Below are positions 58,400 through 64,000 of a DNA stretch of 64,000 nucleotides, piece after piece (position 1 is the stretch's first letter; each line of letters opens with the position of its first letter). This DNA comes from Neodothiora populina (lineage: Eukaryota). The notes under the pieces were generated by a model. It ran no database searches and was not told the origin of the DNA. It worked only from the letters and a program-made list of their open reading frames with translations. The DNA lies in the NCBI RefSeq assembly GCF_041146345.1, contig NW_027191411.1:930001-994000 (forward strand). Reading direction: 5' to 3'. The translations under genes were made by a program, and so were the position numbers.

Positions 58400-61241
58400 T
58401 TAAGTTGCAGCTGCAAGCAGTGCCTCTGCATATTCCTCATGTTGGACATTGAGATGTGCACGAAGAGCCGGGCCCCAATACGGGTCGAGCAGTATTTCTA
58501 TCACGTCTGAGTAGCCATGGGATGCGGCATCCCTGAAAGCTTTCCCTAAGTTCTTCCCTTGAACTTCCAGATCTGCACCCGATGCAAGTAGCATACGAGT
58601 TGTGGTTGAGTGACCATGTGTTATGGCCACATAAAGCGCGGTTTCATTGCCGAATTGAGCGTTAATATCTGCCCCATGTCCGAGTAGTAATTTCACTACC
58701 GCATCCCTGCCATTAGATGTCGCCGCCTGGAGCGCGCTCCCAAGCTCTCCGCCTTGGGCATTGACGTCGGCGCCGTGCTCGAGCAGTAGTTTAACCACCG
58801 CCTCACGGCTGCTATAAAAAGCTGCTTCTTGGAGCGCGTTTCCATATTGTCCACCTTGGGCATTGACGTCGGCGCCGTGCTCGAGCAGTAGTTTAACCAC
58901 CGCCTCACGGCTGCTATAAGAAGCTGCTGCTTGGAGCGCGTTTCCGTATTGTCCACCTTGGGCATTGACGTCGGCGCCGTGCTCGAGTAATAGCTTGACC
59001 ACCGCCTCGCTGTTTTCAAAAGCTGCTGCTTGGAGCGCGTTTCCATAGTACCCGCCTTGGGCGTTGACGTCGGCGCTATGCTCGAGTAATAGCCTGACCA
59101 CCGCCTCGCTCCCTTCAGAAGCTGCTGCTTGGAGCGCGTTTCCATAGTACCCGCCTTGGGCGTTGACGTCGGCGCTATGCTCGAGTAATAGCCTGACCAC
59201 CGCCTCGCTCCCTCCAGAAGCTGCTGCTTGGAGCGCGTTTCCATATTGTCCACCTTGGGCATTGACGTCGGCGCCGTGCTCGAGCAGTAGTTTAACCACC
59301 GCCTCACGGCTGCCATAAGAAGCTGCTGCGTGGAGCACGTTTCCATAGTACCCGCCTTCGGCGTTGACGTCGGCGCCGCTCTGGAGTATTCTCAAGACAT
59401 CTTCCGGTCGATCTCTTAAAGACATGATATGTAAGTCGTTGATGTGCAAGTCGTTGATGCTGGTAATACTACTGTCACCATCGGATCGAGTGTCGTTATC
59501 GTTGGGAATCTCATCGACAGCATCAGTATAGTCGTCGTCGTCTACCTCAGAGAAGCTAAGTGATCCAGATTTCCAGGAATTGGAACTTGATCCGCGAGAT
59601 ATGGCTTTCTTGCTCTCGCCGTCCGACATCTCATTTTCATCGCCCAGATGTCGTGGCAGGGAGAAAGTGGCTGCCCTTTCTAGATGGTTTGCGAGGTGGT
59701 TGGACATGTTCCTGATGTTCTGAGTGTCTGCCAAGCAGAGAGGACACTTATCTCGATCATCTTCATATGTAGATTCAGATATTGCCGAGAAGTCGGCTAC
59801 CTCTTGCACGTTCGTAAACTCTGTATGTGCATCTTGCAAATGCCGTTCCAGACCTTGTTGTACCCTAAAAATGAGATTGGGGTGATCGCGACACCTCCAA
59901 ACTCTGCGATGGGCAGCACTTTCATGATCTAACCATGCTTGGCGAGAGCCGTAGAGCCTACTGCCATCTGCACAATCCGTATACGTGCACACATAAGGCT
60001 GAAGGTCTTGTAAGATGTGGGCTCTGATGTCGTCGTTAGCAAGCCTTGAAGGAAGACATCGATAATATATAGATACCTCCAGCCTCGACTACTTCCATAC
60101 TTAGGTGAACAAAGAACGAAGCAATATGAACAGACAAAGTCGCTTCCCTCAGCAGCCGCAGTTGGTGGTGGTGGCAATTCTGCTACATGTCCGCCGAGGT
60201 CTCGTGCAGTGGTGGCGATGGAAACGACCGATTCCGTCTCGAGACTACCCAAGTCGAGCTTTGAGTCGTAACGCGTAGCCTCGGTTGTGGTGTGGATTGA
60301 TTTGCTACCATTGCTTGGCGCTATTGGTTTACTTGCATGTTGAATTTGGTGAAGCCCCTGTGATGGAGGAGCATCCCGCTCGTTCTTAATCTGAAACACT
60401 TGAGGGACGGATTGATCGTGACTCGTCCCTATCGTGGCAAGTTTTTGATTGTGCTTTTCCCAGTATCGAAATTGTCTGCGTCTTGTTACGTTGGCCTCGG
60501 TCAATCGCGATATCAGTACCTTGTCTCGAGTTGAGAACGTGATCGACGAGGAAGACGTATGGTCTAGACAGCGTAGAGTAGCAAGTAGTTCAATGATGTG
60601 AGCTTGGTCGTGAGGTGCAAAGTAATCACCGAATAGATCACGGTTCGTGTCGGGGATGAGTTCCTTATAGCGCGAAGCTCTCGACGATTTGGCCGTTGAG
60701 TTCGGCCCCCGGATCCTGAGAGCGAGCTTATAAAGGCTTTGTATGGTTTCCACGATACCTTTGAAGAAGATGTCAAGTCTATTAGACGATGTGTCGTTAC
60801 CCCTATCTCCATCATCATCGGACGGCAGTGAAATTGCATCGCTGCAGTCGTCGTCCTTGCTACTTGGATCCTCGACTGGCACATCATCCCCGGCTTCGAT
60901 CAGTGAGTCTATGGATGATTAGCAACGGATGGTCTGCTGCAATACAGACTATGCCAGTACGCACGAGTAGAATTTAAGAGACTTTCAAGTTCATGAAGAA
61001 GCTGTAGGACTACCGTCCGCATCAGATTGGCATCTCTCAGGCGCCAGTCCAGTGCACTGTGACCGCCCGCAAGTGCTCCTAGATTTGCCCCCCATATCCT
61101 CAGCCTCCTACCTTCATCTACTATGTCCTTTAGTATATCACCATATCCAACTTTCGCCTCAAGATCGTTGCACAAATTTTCAAAGGAGTGGAGGCAAGCC
61201 ACTGTTGCCGCACGAAGACTTGCTCCATCTGTATGTGACAT
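58400..61241 (-). CDS. Helical N-terminal domain + C2H2-like Zn fingers + ankyrin-repeat protein (introns 60964-60909, 60076-60025); ends at an apparently premature TAA
   Basis: RLRIWGANLGA...ALDWRLRD N-domain; FVCSYC...WRAHILQDLQPYVCTYTDC...WLDHE, WRCRDH, CPLC...HLANHLE; 8 or more ankyrin repeats. GT-AG introns join three ORFs in frame. Confidence 0.85.
58728..59379. repeat. Near-identical 99/102-bp tandem repeats encoding about 6.5 ankyrin units
   Basis: Repeated core ccttgggc(a/g)ttgacgtcggcgc(cg/ta)tgctcgag...gctgc...ttggagcgcgtttcc. Confidence 0.95.
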
Positions 61242-61577
61242 GTTCAAGTCGGTCGTATCTTAGTCCGGATTGACAATGCCATGTTATACTACGACGACCA
61301 GATTCAAGGCAGGAAACAAATCTTGAGTGTCAGTCCCTGCATATCGATATAGCGCCTTAGCTTGGTCAGGTTTGAGGCCCGACCTCAACGACAAAGAGCT
61401 GCTGCACTGAACGCCACCTCGCAGGGCTGATCCGAGCCTTTCTCAGTGCTGGCCTTTTTCGCTGGACGCCTTGAACGTCCCACTGCCAATTCGAAGTCCT
61501 GATTTACTGGAAGTGTGGCAATCTGGCGATGCTGTCTGTCATACAAGATCTTCTGCCATAACATTACTACTTCATCA

Positions 61578-63324
61578 ATGTCAGGTATCGAGGTAGCCGG
61601 GCTAGTGCTTGGAGTCCTGCCGCTGTTCATATCGGCTCTAGAATCATATGAGAAGGGCTTAGGTCCAATTAGATCAATGTTCTCGTATCGAGAAGAACTT
61701 TCTCGATATAGACGCAAGCTCATAGTAGAGTATGCGCTCTATAATCAGACAATCGAATATCTACTTACACCCATTGTCGACGATGATAAACTGGATGCCA
61801 TGATCTCCCAAGGATTCAGTGACATCTGGAAGGAGCCGGCTCTGGCAGGAAAATTACAGAAGCGCCTTGGGAGTCTTCATGAGGCCTATGAAATTGTCTT
61901 AGATGATCTGCGGTCAGTCATCGAGGAATTGGCGACGATGCTAGATATCGAGAGAAAGGGTCATGTACGTGATTTGCTCTGCAGCGCTATGAGCGTGCTA
62001 ACATAGTCATATCTAGTTGTCAGCGCCACACTTAGAAGCGCTTCTAGCTGCGCATCCACCCAAGGCAAGCATCAGCAGAGAAACGCAGACTTTTGTTCAC
62101 CTCTATGAATTTAAAACGCGATTAAAGTTCAGCTTGAAGAGCTGGAAGATACAGCCGCTCCTCGATAAGCTTGGTCGTAACAATGAAATCCTCGATCGAT
62201 ATACCACAATGAGTAGCAAACTGGAGAAAGTGCAAGGCAGAAGGAAGTCAAGCCGAAAGAGTACATTTGCGGCACCACTCCTACAGATACAGAACAGCGC
62301 AAGAAGGCTATACAGAGTTCTTGAGACTGTATGGACTTGTTCGAGACATACTAGCCACAGCCTTAACTTTGGACTCGACGCACGCTTAGCCCAGTCTGGT
62401 GCGAAGCCCACCCGAGCGGGTGAGTCGGAGTCAAGAGTGTGCTTTTGCGTAAGATCTCCCAACTCTTCTCCTTCGAAACGATGGCAAGAGCTCGAATTCC
62501 ATGTTTTGCCGGAATACTCAACGAAGGCCACACAAGTGCGTTTTGCCTCGCAAGCTGCACATGTGTCGGCGGTTGACCCAAATGATCTAGAGGTCGTCGA
62601 TTGTTTGTGTACTGCACTGCAACAAGCGCAGGCAGGAGAAGACTGTCTCGGATTCTGTCTCGACCACACAGAGAAACTGCTCGGCGACTACCCGGTCTTA
62701 CGAGGTCAACGAGATCGTGGTCAGGTTGGCTACAACTCTACGATAAGCTTGAAAGAGCTGCTTGCAGCGTCGAGTACAATGAGTAATACGCAGCGTCGCA
62801 GACTTCTCAATCTCAAGCAAGCTTACACTATTGCACTACATATTACCTCGTCCTTCTTGCAGCTCTACTCGACCCCATTTTTGAAAAGCAGCTGGAGCGC
62901 AGGTGACATACTATTTTTACAGAACGAAGCCCAGCCGCAGTCCATCAACGTTGAAAGGCCCTACGTCTCGGAGACTTCCTCTTCGGCGGGCAAAACACAG
63001 GTAGATCTACCAGGAGATGATCATGGCGCTCTTCTGAGATTGGGCATCCTTTTGTTGGAGATCTTCTTCCGTGAATCAGTCGATGAGCACAGGGATCCCG
63101 CTCAAAGTGGGTCCAACCAGAGCTATACAGACCTCACCATTGCCAGACGCTGGGTGAAAGAGGATAAGGCAGAGATGTCAAAGGCTTTCTATGAGGCTGT
63201 CTCCTACTGCATCATGTCATTCGCCAATCCAGATGCCGACCTTGCGGACGCCACTTTCCGACAAGAGGTCGTCGATCATGTAGTGATACCTCTCAGGGAC
63301 GAAAAGGCAGCCCTCGGCGCTTGA
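61578..63324 (+). CDS. About 564-aa protein: HeLo-like/STAND-N-terminal-like helical domain plus degenerate kinase-C-lobe-like C-terminal domain (intron 61965-62016)
   Basis: MSGIEVAGLVLGVLPLFISALESY N-terminus; C-terminus IALHITSSFLQLYSTPFLKSSWSAGDILF...LLRLGILLLEI...YEAVSYCI...FRQEVVDHVVIPL. GTACGT...CTAAC...TAG intron joins the ORFs in frame. The gene is secure; the domain calls are inferred. Confidence 0.8.
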
Positions 63325-63326
63325 AC

Positions 63327-63403
63327 GTGAAGAGACCATGAAGAGATCATGAAAAGATCGTGAATAGATCGTGAAGAGACAATGAAGAGATTATGGAGAG
63401 ATC
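63327..63403. repeat. Imperfect 11-bp tandem repeat x7 (consensus RTGAAGAGATC) immediately after the stop codon
   Basis: GTGAAGAGACC ATGAAGAGATC ATGAAAAGATC GTGAATAGATC GTGAAGAGACA ATGAAGAGATT ATGGAGAGATC. Confidence 0.9.
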
Positions 63404-63590
63404 ATGAGGACATGCAGGTGTAAATAAGTCCATAGACATATCACGAACCACGACACGATTTGCATCTAATCTCTGTAAATTCTGAAGGGAGGATAGAAGA
63501 TGGTACTGATTGACTGAAGCGCAGCAGTAGTTGTCAATTGGAAGTTTTCCAAACTATATGAAGCATGATAAAGTGACCAATGCTCATCAA

Positions 63591-63699
63591 GGCGCTTTGG
63601 CGGAGTGGTTAACGCGATGCCCTGCTATGGATTCGAATCCTTCGAGTCTTAGTCCAGGCATTTCCTTCGGGAGCGTGTGTTCGAATCACACAGGCGTCG
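63591..63699 (+). tRNA. tRNA-Ser(GCT) with 28-nt intron (63628-63655)
   Basis: Acceptor stem GGCGCTT/AGGCGTC, A-box TGGCGGAGTGG, anticodon stem ATGCC/GGCAT with GCT at 63624-63626, long variable arm TTCC-TTCG-GGAG, T-arm GTGTG-TTCGAAT-CACAC, downstream T-run. Confidence 0.95.
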
Positions 63700-64000
63700 A
63701 GTTTTTGTTTTCTTTTGCCCCTGCAATCTTGCCTCGACTGCATCCCCTCCAATCTTGCCTCTATGCAGTCGAGGGAGAAAGAGATGAACATAATTTTTAT
63801 CACTCCTGTAGCATGACTTGAAAGTCTCAGATTTTGTGCTCGGAGCAGGTTACACTTTGTTGCTCGTATCAACCACTAAGCAGGGGTATATATAACTATA
63901 ACAATTCGAAGCAAACAAGCATGTGCAACAATGGTCCATCCATGGTGGCATCCATCCACCTCATCCAGCATGCCCCAAATACCGTTCAATATCGTCATTA

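Noticed and set aside
58728..59379. CRISPR-like array
   Set aside because: The repeats are in-frame coding ankyrin units without unique spacers, in a eukaryotic gene.
57584..61241. Canonical fungal NLR (NACHT/NB-ARC-ANK)
   Set aside because: No Walker A (GxxGxGKS/T) or Walker B motif in any exon; the central region is Cys/His Zn-finger-like.
61578..63324. Gasdermin or HET-s-type amyloid signalling motif
   Set aside because: I could not recognise a gasdermin pattern or G/N/Q-rich pseudo-repeat motifs in either gene of the pair, and there is no adjacent protease in the window.

Overview
Gene-dense, intron-containing fungal chromosomal DNA (filamentous ascomycete; Dothideomycete-like is my impression, not established). 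Most of it is housekeeping genes: SWF1, CCT3, GPI8, an SDR, ATG13, a Btb1/IBTK-like ANK-RCC1-BTB protein, HIS5, DGK1, DOS2-like, YRB30-like, CCDC124/Lso2-like, an aquaglyceroporin, an RRM protein, CDC45, an M20 amidohydrolase, BFR2, RPN7 and an intron-containing tRNA-Ser(GCT). Two patches look accessory. (1) About 27.4-35.3 kb: an internally deleted pogo/Fot1-type transposon, a truncated SAM-methyltransferase pseudogene, an intronless S66 LD-carboxypeptidase and a PsiD-like decarboxylase. (2) About 57.5-63.7 kb: a head-to-head gene pair next to the tRNA. One gene is a Zn-finger protein with near-identical, hypervariable ankyrin repeats and no NOD domain; the other has a HeLo-like N-terminus and a degenerate kinase-like C-lobe. 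This pair is my best candidate for an undescribed non-NLR sensor/executioner immune module. Other signals: stacked TA-nnn-TA motifs in intergenic DNA that resemble transposon excision footprints, a spliced antisense reading frame filling one long intron, a perfect Gcn4/CpcA site in the HIS5 intron, an NPA-L-D aquaglyceroporin and a decayed paralog of it. All family assignments come from motif recognition by eye; no searches were run.
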